Part shown: in pieces, positions 1 to 11,006 of the stretch
How positions within the stretch are numbered: the stretch's first letter is position 1
How the letters are laid out: each line of letters begins with the position of its first letter
Assembly: GCA_043800755.1 (NCBI GenBank)
Contig: JAZDMQ010000164.1
Location: forward strand, 1 to 31,507
Length of the DNA: 31,507 nucleotides
Reading direction: 5' to 3'
Origin: a bacterium
Lineage (GTDB): Bacteria; Methylomirabilota; Methylomirabilia; CAVQYV01
The notes under the pieces: generated by a model
What the model saw: only the letters and a program-made list of their open reading frames with translations
The model's database searches: none
Told to the model about the DNA's origin: nothing
Translations under genes and position numbers: made by a program

Positions 1-134
1 TGATGCCCGGGGATAATGTCAACCTGACCATTGAGCTCATCACCCCGATCGCCATGGAGAAGGAACTTCGCTTTGCCATCCGTGAGGGAGGCCACACCGT
101 GGGAGCTGGGGTCATCAACGAGATATTGGAGTGA
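1..134 (+). CDS. tuf: Elongation factor Tu, C-terminal fragment (5' truncated by window edge)
   Basis: Frame from base 3 reads [43 protein letters not shown], the EF-Tu C-terminus; lies directly upstream of rpsJ. Confidence 0.97.
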   Translation, partial: MPGDNVNLTIELITPIAMEKELRFAIREGGHTVGAGVINEILE

Positions 135-138
135 GGCG

Positions 139-447
139 ATGGCAGACCAAAAGATAAGAATTCGGCTAAAGGCTTACGATCATCGAATCTTGGACCAATC
201 GGCGCGGGAGATCGTGAACACGGCCCAGCGCACCGGGGCTCAGGTCTCGGGTCCAATCCCGCTCCCCACCAAGATTCGTCGAATGACCGTGTTGCGGTCG
301 CCTCACATCGACAAGAAATCTCGAGAGCAATTCGAGATCAGGACTCATACGCGGCTGATCGATATCCTGCAACCGACCAACCAGACCGTGGACGATCTCA
401 TGAAACTGAATCTTCCTGCGGGGGTCGACGTAGAAATCAAGCTGTAG
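139..447 (+). CDS. rpsJ: 30S ribosomal protein S10
   Basis: [19 protein letters not shown]...GPIPLPT...[21 protein letters not shown] at 139 (the ORF-track start at 31 overlaps tuf). Confidence 0.98.
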   Translation: MADQKIRIRLKAYDHRILDQSAREIVNTAQRTGAQVSGPIPLPTKIRRMTVLRSPHIDKKSREQFEIRTHTRLIDILQPTNQTVDDLMKLNLPAGVDVEIKL

Positions 448-494
448 TTAGGGAGAGAGGATGAGGGCAGCTTGCCCTCAGGGATAAACGAAAG

Positions 495-1127
495 ATGGCT
501 ATTGGACTCGTTGGCAAGAAAGTCGGTATGACCCAGATCTTCGATGAGGGAGGAAGGGCCTGGCCAGTCACGGTGGTGGAAGCGGGACCCTGTCCCGTGG
601 TGCAGAAGAAGACGAGGGAAAAGGATGGCTATGAGGCTTTGCAGCTGGGCTTCGAGGCCTTGAAAGAGGCGAGGTCCAAGAAGCTGTCCCGTCCCCTGCG
701 CGGCCATTTCGACAAGGTGAAGGTTCCTTGCACCCGGCACCTTCAGGAGATACGGACAGACCGAGGCGAAAATTATTCGGTGGGGCAGACCTTGACCGTT
801 GAAGTATTTCAAGAGGGAGACGCGGTCGAGGTCACCGGAATCTCTAAGGGGAAGGGATTTCAGGGAGGGGTGAAGCGCTGGGGGTACAAGGGTGGCCCCC
901 AGACCCATGGTTCGATGTTTCACCGGGCCCCTGGTTCTATCGGCGCGTCCTCCTTTCCCTCCCGGGTGTTCAAGGGCCATCATATGCCAGGACACATGGG
1001 GGCGGAGAGGGTCACTGTCAAAGGGCTGAAGGTTCTCAAGATATTTCCCAAGCATAACCTCCTCCTGGTGACCGGGGCGGTCCCAGGGGCGAACGGCGGA
1101 ATCATGATCATTAGAAAAAGCGGATAG
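495..1127 (+). CDS. rplC: 50S ribosomal protein L3
   Basis: GKKVGMTQIF, SKGKGFQGGVKRW and MPGHMG motifs; position in S10 operon. Confidence 0.98.
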   Translation: MAIGLVGKKVGMTQIFDEGGRAWPVTVVEAGPCPVVQKKTREKDGYEALQLGFEALKEARSKKLSRPLRGHFDKVKVPCTRHLQEIRTDRGENYSVGQTLTVEVFQEGDAVEVTGISKGKGFQGGVKRWGYKGGPQTHGSMFHRAPGSIGASSFPSRVFKGHHMPGHMGAERVTVKGLKVLKIFPKHNLLLVTGAVPGANGGIMIIRKSG

Positions 1128-1148
1128 GAGACCTTGCGGGGAAGAGTT

Positions 1149-1775
1149 ATGCCACAAGTCGCAGTTGTCAACATGGAGAATGAAAAGATAGGCGAGGTAG
1201 ACCTGTCCAATTCCCTGTTCGGGGTGGAAATGAAGGATCATCTCGTGCACGATGCGATCCTGCAGTTCCTGGCGAATCGTAGGGCGGGAACCGCGTCCAC
1301 CAAGAATAAGGGGGTAGCCAGAGGGGGGGGGCGAAAGCCGTGGCGTCAAAAGGGCACGGGAAGAGCGCGGGCAGGCTCCATTCGCTCTCCGCTCTGGGTG
1401 GGAGGGGGCACTGTTTTTGGCCCCGCACCGCGCAGTTATGCCTATCGTATCCCTAAGAAGGTTCGCAGACACGCCCTGGCCTCCGTTCTCTCGGAGAAAG
1501 TAAGGGAGAATGGACTCTTGGTGGTGGAGTCTTTGGAATTTGAGAAGCCCAACGCCAAGGCATTTCTCAAGATGTTGGAGGCGTTGGGGGTCAAGGGGAA
1601 GGCCCTGGTGGCCATGAAAGATCCTTCCCCGACCGTACTCAAAGCGGCCAACAATATCCCAGGGGTCAAGGTCGTTCCGGTGGAGGGAATAAATACCTTT
1701 GATCTCTGCCTCTATGATACCTTGATCATGACCCGGGATGCCCTCGGTTTCCTGGAGGAGAGTGCCCAGAGATGA
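1149..1775 (+). CDS. rplD: 50S ribosomal protein L4
   Basis: RGGGRKPWRQKGTGRARAGSIRSPLWVGGG motif; ATG at 1149 chosen. Confidence 0.97.
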   Translation: MPQVAVVNMENEKIGEVDLSNSLFGVEMKDHLVHDAILQFLANRRAGTASTKNKGVARGGGRKPWRQKGTGRARAGSIRSPLWVGGGTVFGPAPRSYAYRIPKKVRRHALASVLSEKVRENGLLVVESLEFEKPNAKAFLKMLEALGVKGKALVAMKDPSPTVLKAANNIPGVKVVPVEGINTFDLCLYDTLIMTRDALGFLEESAQR

Positions 1776-2062
1776 GAGACATCTATCGCATCATCAAGCG
1801 GCCCTTGATTACCGAGAGAGGGACCCATCTCAAAGATCAACAGAACAAGTACTTCTTCGAGGTGGCAAGATCAGCTAACAAGGTGGAGATAAAGAGGGCG
1901 GTCGAGTCGCTTTTTCACGTTCATGTGGCATCCGTCCACACCATTTCCCTCAAGGGAAAAGAAAAGAAGGTGGGCCGGTTCGTGGGCAGAGCCCCCGACT
2001 GGAAAAAGGCGGTGGTTACCCTGAAGCCCGGTGACTCCATTGAATTCGTTGAAGGAGCGTAA
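1772..2062 (+). CDS. rplW: 50S ribosomal protein L23
   Basis: IIKRPLITE, ANKVEIKRAVE and WKKAVVTL motifs. Confidence 0.97.
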   Translation: MRDIYRIIKRPLITERGTHLKDQQNKYFFEVARSANKVEIKRAVESLFHVHVASVHTISLKGKEKKVGRFVGRAPDWKKAVVTLKPGDSIEFVEGA

Positions 2063-2090
2063 TCGCCGTTTAGGAGAGTGAGGTAAAGCG

Positions 2091-2915
2091 GTGGCAATCA
2101 AGAAATTGAATCCGACATCTCCAGGGAGAAGGTTCCAGAGCGTGTCTACCTTCGAGGAGATCACCCGTCATACTCCAGAAAAAAGCCTTTTGGCCGCTCT
2201 CCCCAAGAGCGGAGGGAGAAATTCCCTCGGTCGCATCACCTGTCGCCATCATGGAGGGGGCCACAAGCGGATGTATCGGCTGATCGATTTCCGCCGTGAA
2301 AAAATGGGAGTCCCGGCCAAGGTGCTGCAGATTGAATATGACCCGAATCGTTCTGCAAGGATCGGCCTGCTTCAGTATCGAGATGGGGAGAAGAGATACA
2401 TCCTCGCTCCGCTGGGATTGGCCGTAGGTGATGAGGTGATGTCGGGTGCCGAGGCGGAAATCAAGACGGGAAACGCCTTGCCCTTGCGAAATATTCCGCT
2501 CGGTCTAATGCTGCATAATCTGGAGCTGAAGAAAGGTAAGGGTGGGCAACTGGTGCGAGGCGCGGGGGGCTCGGCTCAATTCCTCGCCAAGGAAGGCGAT
2601 TTTGGCCTGGTGAAACTCCCCTCAGGAGAGGTAAGGAAGATCGATCTGGATTGCATGGCGACGATCGGCCAAGTCGGGAATCTGGACCATGAGAATATCT
2701 CGCTGGGAAAAGCGGGTAAGTCTCGCTGGTTGGGCATTCGGCCGAGCGTCCGGGGAGTGGCGATGAATCCCCATGACCACCCTTTGGGCGGGGGAGAGGG
2801 CAAATCCTCAGGGGGAAGACACCCCTGCACCCCTTGGGGAAAGCCTACAAAGGGATTTAAGACCAGGAAGAAGCAGCTCCCTTCTGACTCATATATTGTG
2901 AAGCGGAGAAAATAG
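2091..2915 (+). CDS. rplB: 50S ribosomal protein L2
   Basis: [11 protein letters not shown] and [17 protein letters not shown] motifs; GTG start. Confidence 0.98.
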   Translation: MAIKKLNPTSPGRRFQSVSTFEEITRHTPEKSLLAALPKSGGRNSLGRITCRHHGGGHKRMYRLIDFRREKMGVPAKVLQIEYDPNRSARIGLLQYRDGEKRYILAPLGLAVGDEVMSGAEAEIKTGNALPLRNIPLGLMLHNLELKKGKGGQLVRGAGGSAQFLAKEGDFGLVKLPSGEVRKIDLDCMATIGQVGNLDHENISLGKAGKSRWLGIRPSVRGVAMNPHDHPLGGGEGKSSGGRHPCTPWGKPTKGFKTRKKQLPSDSYIVKRRK

Positions 2916-2924
2916 GAGGCGACT

Positions 2925-3209
2925 TTGTCCCGTTCTCTAAAAAAGGGTCCCCATGTGGACGCCAAGCTGGCAAAGGTGATCGAGGAGATGAATTCCTCGC
3001 TCAAGAAGAGGGTAGTCAAGACCTGGGCGAGGTCATCGACCATCGTGCCGGATTGGGTGGGCTACACCTTGGCGATCCATAACGGAAAGAAATTCATCCC
3101 CATTTTCATCACCGAGAATATGGTGGGACACCGGCTGGGAGAATTCGCCCCCACCCGGACTTTCCGCGGCCACGGCACCCACACGGCAAGGGCCACGGCC
3201 CTCAAATAG
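2925..3209 (+). CDS. rpsS: 30S ribosomal protein S19
   Basis: SRSLKKGP and [18 protein letters not shown] motifs; TTG start. Confidence 0.98.
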   Translation: MSRSLKKGPHVDAKLAKVIEEMNSSLKKRVVKTWARSSTIVPDWVGYTLAIHNGKKFIPIFITENMVGHRLGEFAPTRTFRGHGTHTARATALK

Positions 3210-3330
3210 GCGGGAGGGCTTTCCACTCGCCCCCAATGGTTGCGGCTTCCCGCTGGAAGTTAGAGCGAACCCGATCAGAGAAGGGCAAAATCTATATCAT
3301 CCATCGATGAGAGATTAAAGAGGCAATGGG

Positions 3331-3714
3331 ATGGCAGAGGCAAGAGCAATAGGGAGATTCATTCGGATCGCCCCGCGCAAGGCCAGGTTAGTGATCGATA
3401 TGGTGCGGGGGAGAGGCATCAATGAGGCCCTCTATGCCCTGAAGTATACCCCAAAGCACGCGGCGCGTGTGGTGGAGAAGGTGCTCCGATCGGCCATGGC
3501 GAATGCGCAACAGAATCATGGGGTGAAGGACATCGATGTCCTCTTCGTCAAGAAGGCCTATGTCGATAATGGGCCAACTATGAAGAGGTTTCGGCCGAGG
3601 GCAATGGGACGGGCTACCCCTATCAAGAAGCGGACCAGCCACCTCACCATTGTCCTAGGGGAGAAGGAAGAGGCGAAGGGGAGTTCGGCCCCTGCGAAGG
3701 GACGCCAGCGGTAG
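3331..3714 (+). CDS. rplV: 50S ribosomal protein L22
   Basis: [10 protein letters not shown] and [11 protein letters not shown]...KRTSHLTIV motifs. Confidence 0.98.
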   Translation: MAEARAIGRFIRIAPRKARLVIDMVRGRGINEALYALKYTPKHAARVVEKVLRSAMANAQQNHGVKDIDVLFVKKAYVDNGPTMKRFRPRAMGRATPIKKRTSHLTIVLGEKEEAKGSSAPAKGRQR

Positions 3715-3748
3715 ACCAGTCATTTCATCCATTACCCGGAGGTAAGAC

Positions 3749-4480
3749 TTGGGCCAGAAAGTTCATCCCTTGGGTTTCAGGTTGGGAGTCAATAAGACTT
3801 GGAGCTCCAGGTGGTACGCGGATAAGACCTACGGACAACTGCTGCACGAGGATTTGCGCTTCAAGAAGTTCATCAAACAGAGGCTCTTTCATGCAGGGAT
3901 CGCCCGCATCGAGATCGAGCGGACAGCAGAACGAGTGAGGGTTTTTATCCATACCGCCCGCCCTGGGATCATCATTGGAAAAAAGGGAGCGGAGGTTGAC
4001 AAACTGAAGGCCGAGCTCCAGGGAATGACCAGCAAAGAGATCCAATTGGAGATCGTGGAGGTCAGGAAGCCCGAGATGGACGCGCAATTGGTGGCGGAGC
4101 AGGTTGCCTCTCAATTGGAGAGGAGGGTCGCCTTTCGGAGGGTCATGCGAAAGGCGGTCACCTCTGCCTTGAGGTTGGGGGCGAAAGGGGTGCGCATTGC
4201 ATGTGCCGGGCGCTTGGCCGGGGCCGAAATTGCTCGGAGGGAATGGTATCGAGAGGGACGAGTGCCCCTGCATACTCTCCGGGCCGATATCTGCTTTGGG
4301 TACGCGGAGTCCTCAACCACCTATGGGATCATTGGCGTTAAGACCTGGATTTACCATGGAGATATCCTGCCCGAGACCGGCATCAGCCAGGAACCCACGG
4401 CCAGCGGGGCGAGGGAGTTGCAGGAGGCAAAGAGCAGAAGCCGAAAGGGCCAAGAAGGACGTCCCACCGGAAGAATATGA
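3749..4480 (+). CDS. rpsC: 30S ribosomal protein S3
   Basis: [23 protein letters not shown] and [10 protein letters not shown] motifs; TTG start. Confidence 0.98.
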   Translation: MGQKVHPLGFRLGVNKTWSSRWYADKTYGQLLHEDLRFKKFIKQRLFHAGIARIEIERTAERVRVFIHTARPGIIIGKKGAEVDKLKAELQGMTSKEIQLEIVEVRKPEMDAQLVAEQVASQLERRVAFRRVMRKAVTSALRLGAKGVRIACAGRLAGAEIARREWYREGRVPLHTLRADICFGYAESSTTYGIIGVKTWIYHGDILPETGISQEPTASGARELQEAKSRSRKGQEGRPTGRI

Positions 4481-4500
4481 GAGGCGATGGGGGCTTGTAA

Positions 4501-4920
4501 ATGCTACAGCCAAAACGAGTAAAGTATCGGAAACAGCAGCGAGGGAAGAGGAGAGGGATTGCCCACCGAGGGGCTTCGTTGAGCTTCGGAGACTTCGGAC
4601 TTCAAGCCCTGGAATCGGCCTGGATCACGGATCGGCAGATTGAGGCGGGCCGAAGGGCCATTACCCATTATGTAAAAAGGGGAGGGAAGGTCTGGATCCG
4701 GATTTTCCCTGACAAGCCGATCACTGCCAAGCCTGCCGAGACGCGCATGGGCAAGGGGAAGGGAGCCCCGGAGGGATGGGTAGCCGTGGTGAAACCGGGG
4801 AGGATCCTTTACGAGATGGAAGGGGTCACCGAGACGGATGCCAAAGAGGCAATGCGGCTTGCCTCGAGCAAACTGCCCATCGCCACGAAGATCGTGGTCC
4901 GTAAGAAGACAGGGGAATAG
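4501..4920 (+). CDS. rplP: 50S ribosomal protein L16
   Basis: [15 protein letters not shown] and ETRMGKGKG motifs. Confidence 0.98.
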   Translation: MLQPKRVKYRKQQRGKRRGIAHRGASLSFGDFGLQALESAWITDRQIEAGRRAITHYVKRGGKVWIRIFPDKPITAKPAETRMGKGKGAPEGWVAVVKPGRILYEMEGVTETDAKEAMRLASSKLPIATKIVVRKKTGE

Positions 4921-4922
4921 CG

Positions 4923-5162
4923 ATGAAGGCAAGCCAGTTCCGAGAATTGACGGAAGAGGAGTTGGGGCAGAAGCTCTCCGACCTCAAGGACGATCTCTTT
5001 AAGCTTCAGATTCGCCACTCCATCGCCAAATTGGAGAATCCCATAAAGATTCGGGAGGGGAGACGAGAAATCGCTCGCCTGCAGACCGTGATGAAGGAGC
5101 TCCAAGCGCTGAAGAAGAAGGAAACGGCGGGCGAAGGGACTCAAATGGAGGCGAGGAAATGA
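4923..5162 (+). CDS. rpmC: 50S ribosomal protein L29
   Basis: LENPIKIREGRREIARLQT; lies between rplP and rpsQ. Confidence 0.95.
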   Translation: MKASQFRELTEEELGQKLSDLKDDLFKLQIRHSIAKLENPIKIREGRREIARLQTVMKELQALKKKETAGEGTQMEARK

Positions 5163-5422
5163 CGGGCGAGAGGGTTTACCGCAGGATTGTAGTGGGAAGA
5201 GTCTTGAGTGACAAGATGCAGCAGACGGTGGTGGTGGAGATCACTCGCCTGACCAAGCACCAGAGGTACAATAAGTTGGTCAAGAGAATCACCAAGGTGA
5301 AGGCGCACGACGAGAAGAACGAATGCCGAGTGGGAGACAAGGTGAGATTAATGGAGACGCGTCCCCTGAGCAAGGAAAAGCAGTGGAGGGTGGTGGAGGT
5401 CATAGGACGGGCCGCCATTTGA
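5159..5422 (+). CDS. rpsQ: 30S ribosomal protein S17
   Basis: GRVLSDKMQQTVVV, KAHDEKNEC and ETRPLSKEKQW motifs. Confidence 0.97.
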   Translation: MTGERVYRRIVVGRVLSDKMQQTVVVEITRLTKHQRYNKLVKRITKVKAHDEKNECRVGDKVRLMETRPLSKEKQWRVVEVIGRAAI

Positions 5423-5477
5423 GGAAGATACCCGGGGAGCGAGACAGATCGTTCTATTCAATTGAAGGTGATCATCC

Positions 5478-5846
5478 ATGATAGGGGTAAGGACCATATT
5501 AGAGGTGGCAGACAATTCAGGGGCCAAGAAAGTCTCCTGCATCAAGGTCATTGGGGGATCGGGCAAGAGGTATGCCCGGGTGGGCGATGTCATCGTGGCC
5601 AATGTGAAGGAGGCCATCCCTGAAGGAGCCGTGAAGAAGGGAGATGTGGTGCGAGCAGTAGTGGTGAGGACGGCGAAGGAACAAAGGCGAAAAGATGGGT
5701 CTTACATCAAGTTCGATCGCAACGCGGCAGTGCTGATTAATGACCAGAATAACCCCATCGGAACTCGGGTATTTGGCCCCGTGGCGCGCGAGCTTCGGGA
5801 GAATCAATTCATGAAAATCATCTCGTTAGCCCCTGAGGTGATTTAG
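5478..5846 (+). CDS. rplN: 50S ribosomal protein L14
   Basis: [21 protein letters not shown] and KIISLAPEV motifs. Confidence 0.98.
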   Translation: MIGVRTILEVADNSGAKKVSCIKVIGGSGKRYARVGDVIVANVKEAIPEGAVKKGDVVRAVVVRTAKEQRRKDGSYIKFDRNAAVLINDQNNPIGTRVFGPVARELRENQFMKIISLAPEVI

Positions 5847-5864
5847 CGAGAGGGCAGATCGGGG

Positions 5865-6203
5865 ATGTCAATAGGAATGGATCGGAAGAAGCCAGCCATA
5901 AAGAAGAATGATATGGTGATGGTGATCGCGGGCAAGGACAAAGGCAAGAGCGGAAGGGTAATCTCCGTCTTTCCCAAGAAGGACCGTGTCTTAGTCGAAA
6001 AGATCAATTTAATCAAACGCCATACTCGACCCCGGGGACAGTCGCATAAGGGAGGTATCGTGGAGAGGGAGTCTCCCCTCCACACCTCAAATTTGATGGT
6101 TTTGTGCAGCAAATGCGACCGTCCGGTGCGCGTGGGAAAACTCAAGCTTCAGGATGGCAGCCGGGTCCGAGTTTGCAGGAAGTGCGGGGAGTCTTTGGAT
6201 TGA
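5865..6203 (+). CDS. rplX: 50S ribosomal protein L24
   Basis: KOW motif VIAGKDKGKSG; CSKC and CRKC pairs; start could alternatively be the ATG at 5877. Confidence 0.96.
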   Translation: MSIGMDRKKPAIKKNDMVMVIAGKDKGKSGRVISVFPKKDRVLVEKINLIKRHTRPRGQSHKGGIVERESPLHTSNLMVLCSKCDRPVRVGKLKLQDGSRVRVCRKCGESLD

Positions 6204-6223
6204 GGAAAATTGGAGCGATTTAG

Positions 6224-6763
6224 ATGCCCAGACTCAAGGACAAGTACAAGAAGGAAATCGTTCCGGCGTTGATGAAGCAGTTCGCTTATCAGAATTTGCT
6301 GGAGGCGCCCAAGCTGAGGAAGGTCGTGATCAATATGGGCTTGGGAGAGGCTGTCTCCAACATCAAAGTGATCGATGGTGCAGTCGCCGAATTGGCAGAC
6401 ATCACGGGGCAACGTCCTGTAGTGACCCGCGCCAAGAAGTCAGAGGCGGGTTTCAAACTGCGGACGGGCATGCCGATCGGCTGCAAGGTGACGCTCAGAG
6501 GAGATCGAATGTATGAATTCCTGGATCGCCTACTGAATGTCGCGCTGCCCCGAATTCGGGATTTCAGGGGGATACCCGCCAAATCCTTCGATGGCCGTGG
6601 CAACTATTCATTGGGCATCCGGGAACAGCTCATATTTCCTGAGATTCGCTACGACAAGGTCGATATGGTGCGGGGGATGGACATTTGCATTGAAACGACT
6701 GCCAGATCAGACGAGGAGGCCCAGAAGCTGCTCGAATCCCTGGGCTTTCCATTCAGGAAATAA
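6224..6763 (+). CDS. rplE: 50S ribosomal protein L5
   Basis: [10 protein letters not shown] and [10 protein letters not shown]...[10 protein letters not shown] motifs. Confidence 0.98.
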   Translation: MPRLKDKYKKEIVPALMKQFAYQNLLEAPKLRKVVINMGLGEAVSNIKVIDGAVAELADITGQRPVVTRAKKSEAGFKLRTGMPIGCKVTLRGDRMYEFLDRLLNVALPRIRDFRGIPAKSFDGRGNYSLGIREQLIFPEIRYDKVDMVRGMDICIETTARSDEEAQKLLESLGFPFRK

Positions 6764-6777
6764 AGGGGCAAAGGGAA

Positions 6778-6963
6778 ATGGCTCGTAAAGCGTTGGTGCT
6801 CAGGAATCAGGGGCCGCTGAAGTATTCCACTCGCCGAATTCATCGCTGCCGCTTGTGCGGTAGGCCGCGGGGCTATCTCCGTAAATTCGAGATGTGTCGG
6901 ATCTGCTTTCGCATGCTGGCGCTTCGAGGGGAGATCCCGGGGGTTATCAAGGCGAGCTGGTAG
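6778..6963 (+). CDS. rpsZ: 30S ribosomal protein S14, short zinc-binding (type Z) form
   Basis: 61 aa; [10 protein letters not shown]...MCRICFR...[11 protein letters not shown]. Confidence 0.96.
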   Translation: MARKALVLRNQGPLKYSTRRIHRCRLCGRPRGYLRKFEMCRICFRMLALRGEIPGVIKASW

Positions 6964-7102
6964 GGGAAACAGGCAGGGAAGGGGAGGTTGCCTTCTGCGG
7001 GCCCTGCAAGGGAAAGGACGTTGGGGCGATTTGTTCGCTCGCTAATTCCGCTCAAGGCGGCGGAAGAGGCGCTTCTTATGGATTCTCAAAGAGGTAGATA
7101 AA

Positions 7103-7501
7103 ATGTCGATGACCGATCCGATTGCCGATATGCTGACCCGGGTGCGGAATGCCAACCAGGCCCTCCATGATAAGGTGGACATGCCCTCTTCCAAGCTGAA
7201 GCTGGAGATTGCCAAGATTTTGAAGGAGGAGGGCTTTCTCAAGAACTTCAAGTTGATCGACGATAAGAAACAGGACATCCTACGCATTTACCTGAAGTAT
7301 GGACCGGGCAATCAGAGGATCCTCATGAACTTGGACAGGGTTTCCCGCCCCGGATTGCGCGTCTATGCCAACAAGAGGAGAATGGCCAGGACCAGAAGAG
7401 GATTGGGCGTCAGGATCCTCTCTACCTCTAAGGGCGTGATGACCGACAAGCAGGCTGAGGAGATGGGCGTGGGCGGGGAAATCATCTGCCATATTCAGTA
7501 G
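7103..7501 (+). CDS. rpsH: 30S ribosomal protein S8
   Basis: [23 protein letters not shown] and STSKGVMT motifs. Confidence 0.98.
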   Translation: MSMTDPIADMLTRVRNANQALHDKVDMPSSKLKLEIAKILKEEGFLKNFKLIDDKKQDILRIYLKYGPGNQRILMNLDRVSRPGLRVYANKRRMARTRRGLGVRILSTSKGVMTDKQAEEMGVGGEIICHIQ

Positions 7502-7525
7502 CCAAAGCAAAGGGGATCGGAAAAA

Positions 7526-8062
7526 GTGTCCAGAATAGGAAAAGCACCCATCGTCATCCCCCCCCAGACAAAGGTGGAGGTCGCCAACAGTACGGTATCC
7601 GTGGCGGGCATCAAGGGAGAACTCCACCTGCAACTTTATCCCGGGATCGGGATCAAGGTGGAGGAAGGCAAGATTTGGGTTACCCGACCTTCGGATGAGA
7701 AGATGTACAAGGCTCTTCATGGGCTGTCTCGTGCGCTTTTGGCCAACATGGTGCATGGAGTTACCAAGGGATTTGAAAAGCGACTGGAGCTGATAGGCCT
7801 GGGCTTCCGCGCTCAGGTGCAGGGGCAAATGCTGACCCTGAGCCTGGGATTCTCTCATCCCATCGAATACCCCGTGCCTCCTGACGTGAAGATCGAGGCG
7901 GAGAGCCCTACTTCTCTGATTGTCTCGGGCATCGACAAACAAAGGGTGGGGCAAGTGGCGGCGCAGATTCGGGGCTACAGGAAACCGGAGCCTTATAAAG
8001 GCAAAGGGGTCAAATACCAAGGCGAACACATCCGTCGCAAGGCGGGCAAGACCGGGGCCTGA
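7526..8062 (+). CDS. rplF: 50S ribosomal protein L6
   Basis: SRIGKAP and RKPEPYKGKGVKY...RRKAGK motifs; GTG start. Confidence 0.98.
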   Translation: MSRIGKAPIVIPPQTKVEVANSTVSVAGIKGELHLQLYPGIGIKVEEGKIWVTRPSDEKMYKALHGLSRALLANMVHGVTKGFEKRLELIGLGFRAQVQGQMLTLSLGFSHPIEYPVPPDVKIEAESPTSLIVSGIDKQRVGQVAAQIRGYRKPEPYKGKGVKYQGEHIRRKAGKTGA

Positions 8063-8101
8063 TTTTCGGGGAGAACCGGGCGGGAAAGCTGAGGAGAAGG
8101 A

Positions 8102-8470
8102 TTGAAGAGAGTCGAGCTAAAAAGGGAAGCAAGGCTTAAGCGGCACCTGCGGGTCAGGAAGAAGGTCAAGGGCACCCAGGAGCGCCCGAGGCTCAGCCTA
8201 TTCAAGAGCGCTCGTCATATCTATGCCCAGGTTATTGATGATGAAGCCGGCCGCACCCTGGCTGCTGCCTCCAGCCTCTCTCTCCAAATGCTGCAGGGGG
8301 GCAAGGTGGGGAATAAGAAGGAGAGGGCGAAGGCGGTGGGCAAGATGGTGGCAGAGGCCGCAATGAAGGCGGATGCCAGGAAAGTGGTCTTGGATCGCGG
8401 AGGTTATCGGTACCATGGCCGGGTGAAGGCCCTGGCCGATAGTGCTCGTGAGGCGGGACTGGAATTTTGA
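8102..8470 (+). CDS. rplR: 50S ribosomal protein L18
   Basis: [19 protein letters not shown] and [25 protein letters not shown] motifs; TTG start. Confidence 0.98.
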   Translation: MKRVELKREARLKRHLRVRKKVKGTQERPRLSLFKSARHIYAQVIDDEAGRTLAAASSLSLQMLQGGKVGNKKERAKAVGKMVAEAAMKADARKVVLDRGGYRYHGRVKALADSAREAGLEF

Positions 8471-8498
8471 GGAAGACACCTTTAAGCGGAGGTTGCGG

Positions 8499-9023
8499 TT
8501 GGAGAGAATAAACCCCAATGGTCTCGAGCTGGTAGATCGCGTTGTTTATATCAACCGCGTGGCGAAGGTAGTAAAGGGAGGCCGGCGTTTCAGTTTTAGT
8601 GCGCTGGTGGTGGTAGGGGACAAGAACGGAATCGTGGGGAGTGGCCTGGGTAAGGCCACCGAGGTTCCGGAAGCCATTCGGAAGGGCATCGAAATCGCCA
8701 AGAAGAATCTGGTCCGGGTTTCCCTGGCGGATAACACTATCCCCCACCCGGTCCTCGGCAAGTTCGGGTCAGGGAAGGTGGTGCTGAGGCCTGCATCAGA
8801 AGGGACGGGAGTGGTTGCCGGGGGACCGGTTCGAGCCGTCTTGGAATCGGTAGGGGTGAGGGATGTCCTCTCCAAAGTCTTGGGCTCCAACAACCCGCAT
8901 AATGTAGTCAAAGCCACCCTGCAGGGGCTGTTGAGCCTCAGGGTTCCCTCCGAGGTGGCCCAGCTCCGCGGCGGCAAAGGGAGCAGTGAGAAGGTGGGCC
9001 AGGGAAAAGAAAGAGGGGAGTAG
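8499..9023 (+). CDS. rpsE: 30S ribosomal protein S5
   Basis: [24 protein letters not shown] motif; TTG at 8499 lies 6 nt after GGAGG. Confidence 0.96.
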   Translation: MERINPNGLELVDRVVYINRVAKVVKGGRRFSFSALVVVGDKNGIVGSGLGKATEVPEAIRKGIEIAKKNLVRVSLADNTIPHPVLGKFGSGKVVLRPASEGTGVVAGGPVRAVLESVGVRDVLSKVLGSNNPHNVVKATLQGLLSLRVPSEVAQLRGGKGSSEKVGQGKERGE

Positions 9024-9026
9024 ACT

Positions 9027-9212
9027 GTGGAACAGGGTCGTTTGAAGATCAGGCTTCGTCGGAGCCGTATTGGAGTGAAGGAAAAGCAACTGAGAGTCCT
9101 GGATGGCCTGGGATTGCATCGGGTCAATCAAGTGGTGGTCAGAGAGGATCGGCCGGAAACAAGGGGGATGATCTTTAAGGTCTCCCACCTGGTGGAGGTG
9201 GATCCATCCTAA
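9027..9212 (+). CDS. rpmD: 50S ribosomal protein L30
   Basis: RSRIG...LGL...[13 protein letters not shown]; lies between rpsE and rplO. Confidence 0.95.
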   Translation: MEQGRLKIRLRRSRIGVKEKQLRVLDGLGLHRVNQVVVREDRPETRGMIFKVSHLVEVDPS

Positions 9213-9249
9213 GGTACTCTGTGAGTCGATAGGAATAGGAAAGAGAGCA

Positions 9250-9699
9250 ATGGTCAAGATCCATGAGTTGAAGTCCGCAAAGGGCGCGAGAAGGGAAAGG
9301 AAAAGGAGAGGAAGAGGGCCTGGATCGGGCCACGGCCAGACCTCGGGCCGCGGGGACAAGGGCCAAAAGTCCAGATCCGGAGGACATATCCAGCCTTGGT
9401 TTGAGGGGGGCCAGCTCCCCTTGCATCGCCGCGTCCCCAAGCGGGGTTTCACCAATATCTTTCGCGTGGAATACGCCATCATCAACTTAAAGGACCTTTC
9501 CCGCTTTGCGGCGGGGGCCTCCCTCTCACCGGAGCTTCTCTGGGAACAAGGGATGATCAAACATCCGCACGACCTGGTTAAGATCCTGGGCGAAGGGGAG
9601 ATCTCTGGAGCACTGCACATCTCCGCGCACAAATTCTCTCGCTCTGCGCGGCAGAAGATTGAAGCCGCTGGCGGCAAGGCAGAGGTAATCCAAGGATGA
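9250..9699 (+). CDS. rplO: 50S ribosomal protein L15
   Basis: [24 protein letters not shown] and [17 protein letters not shown] motifs. Confidence 0.98.
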   Translation: MVKIHELKSAKGARRERKRRGRGPGSGHGQTSGRGDKGQKSRSGGHIQPWFEGGQLPLHRRVPKRGFTNIFRVEYAIINLKDLSRFAAGASLSPELLWEQGMIKHPHDLVKILGEGEISGALHISAHKFSRSARQKIEAAGGKAEVIQG

Positions 9700-11006
9700 T
9701 AGAGAGCTTTGCCAATATCTTTAAGGTTCCGGAGCTGAAGAAGCGGATCATCTTTACCGCCTTGCTCCTGGTGGTCTACCGGGTGGGGGCCCATGTTCCT
9801 ACCCCGGGGATTGACGCCAATGCCCTGGCCTCTTTCTTCAATCAGGTGGGAGGGACCCTCCTTGGCTTCTTCGACCTCTTCTCGGGCGGGGCCTTGCGTC
9901 GTCTCTCCATCTTTGCCCTGGGGATCATGCCCTACATCAGTGCCTCCATTATCCTTCAGCTCCTGGCCGTAGTAGTTCCTTACCTGGAACGCCTCAGCAA
10001 AGAAGGGGAGCAAGGAAGGAAGAAGATCGTCCAGTATACCCGTTACGGAACCGTGGTGCTGAGCGCCGTTCAGGCGACGGGCATCGCAATTGGCCTGGAG
10101 AGTATGAGAAGCCCGGCTGGGGATGTGGTGGTTCTCAATCCGGGTTGGCCTTTCCGTTTGATGACCCTCATCACGCTCACTGCGGGGACTGCCTTCATCA
10201 TGTGGCTGGGTGAGCAGATCACGGAGAGGGGGATTGGAAACGGCATCTCGCTGATCATCTTCGTGGGGATTGTGGTGCGCTTGCCCGAGGCGATCATCAA
10301 CTCCTGGAGGCTGATCTCTTCCGGGGAGTTAAATCTGTTGATCTTCCTCGGACTGATCGTGGTCATGGTGCTGGTGGTGGCAGGCACGATCGTCATGACC
10401 CTGGGCCAAAGGAAGATCCCAGTCCAGTATGCAAAGAGGGTGGTAGGAAGACGCGTTTACGGAGGGCAGACCACCCATCTTCCGCTCCGGGTTAACACCG
10501 CCGGGGTCATTCCGGTCATCTTTGCCTCCTCGATCATCATGTTTCCCGCGACCATTGCCAAATTTATTCACCATCCCTGGATGCAGTATGCTGCCGATGC
10601 CCTGTCTCCCGCGATGCCGATTTACACCATTCTCTATGTGGCCTCGATCATCTTCTTTACCTATTTTTATACGGCGATTGTGTTCAATCCGGTGGATGTG
10701 GCCGATAATTTGAAGAAGTATGGGGGGTTTATCCCGGGAATCCGCCCCGGGGCCAAGACCGCCGAATATATCGACAGGGTCCTGACCCGCCTTACGCTGG
10801 CCGGCTCCATCTTTCTGGCAGCGATCTCCGTGTTTCCGGAGTTCATGATCAAATGGATGAATGTCCCCTTCTACTTCGGAGGGACCTCCCTCCTGATCGT
10901 GGTTGGGGTCGCCCTGGACACGGTGCAACAGATCGAATCCCATCTCCTGATGAGGCACTACGAAGGTTTTTTAAAGAAGGGGAGAGTGAAGGGCCGCTTT
11001 ACCTAA
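9696..11006 (+). CDS. secY: Preprotein translocase subunit SecY
   Basis: [33 protein letters not shown] and GFIPGIRPG motifs; many hydrophobic segments. Confidence 0.99.
   Translation: MIESFANIFKVPELKKRIIFTALLLVVYRVGAHVPTPGIDANALASFFNQVGGTLLGFFDLFSGGALRRLSIFALGIMPYISASIILQLLAVVVPYLERLSKEGEQGRKKIVQYTRYGTVVLSAVQATGIAIGLESMRSPAGDVVVLNPGWPFRLMTLITLTAGTAFIMWLGEQITERGIGNGISLIIFVGIVVRLPEAIINSWRLISSGELNLLIFLGLIVVMVLVVAGTIVMTLGQRKIPVQYAKRVVGRRVYGGQTTHLPLRVNTAGVIPVIFASSIIMFPATIAKFIHHPWMQYAADALSPAMPIYTILYVASIIFFTYFYTAIVFNPVDVADNLKKYGGFIPGIRPGAKTAEYIDRVLTRLTLAGSIFLAAISVFPEFMIKWMNVPFYFGGTSLLIVVGVALDTVQQIESHLLMRHYEGFLKKGRVKGRFT

Noticed and set aside
462..480. TGAGGGCA/TGCCCTCA hairpin between rpsJ and rplC as a terminator
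   Set aside because: No U-tract and it lies inside a conserved operon; at most a stabilising or pause hairpin
345..1472. 375-aa minus-strand ORF
   Set aside because: Antisense shadow of rpsJ/rplC/rplD with no recognisable motifs
8796..10013. 405-aa minus-strand ORF
   Set aside because: Antisense to rpsE-rpmD-rplO-secY; expected from codon bias at high GC
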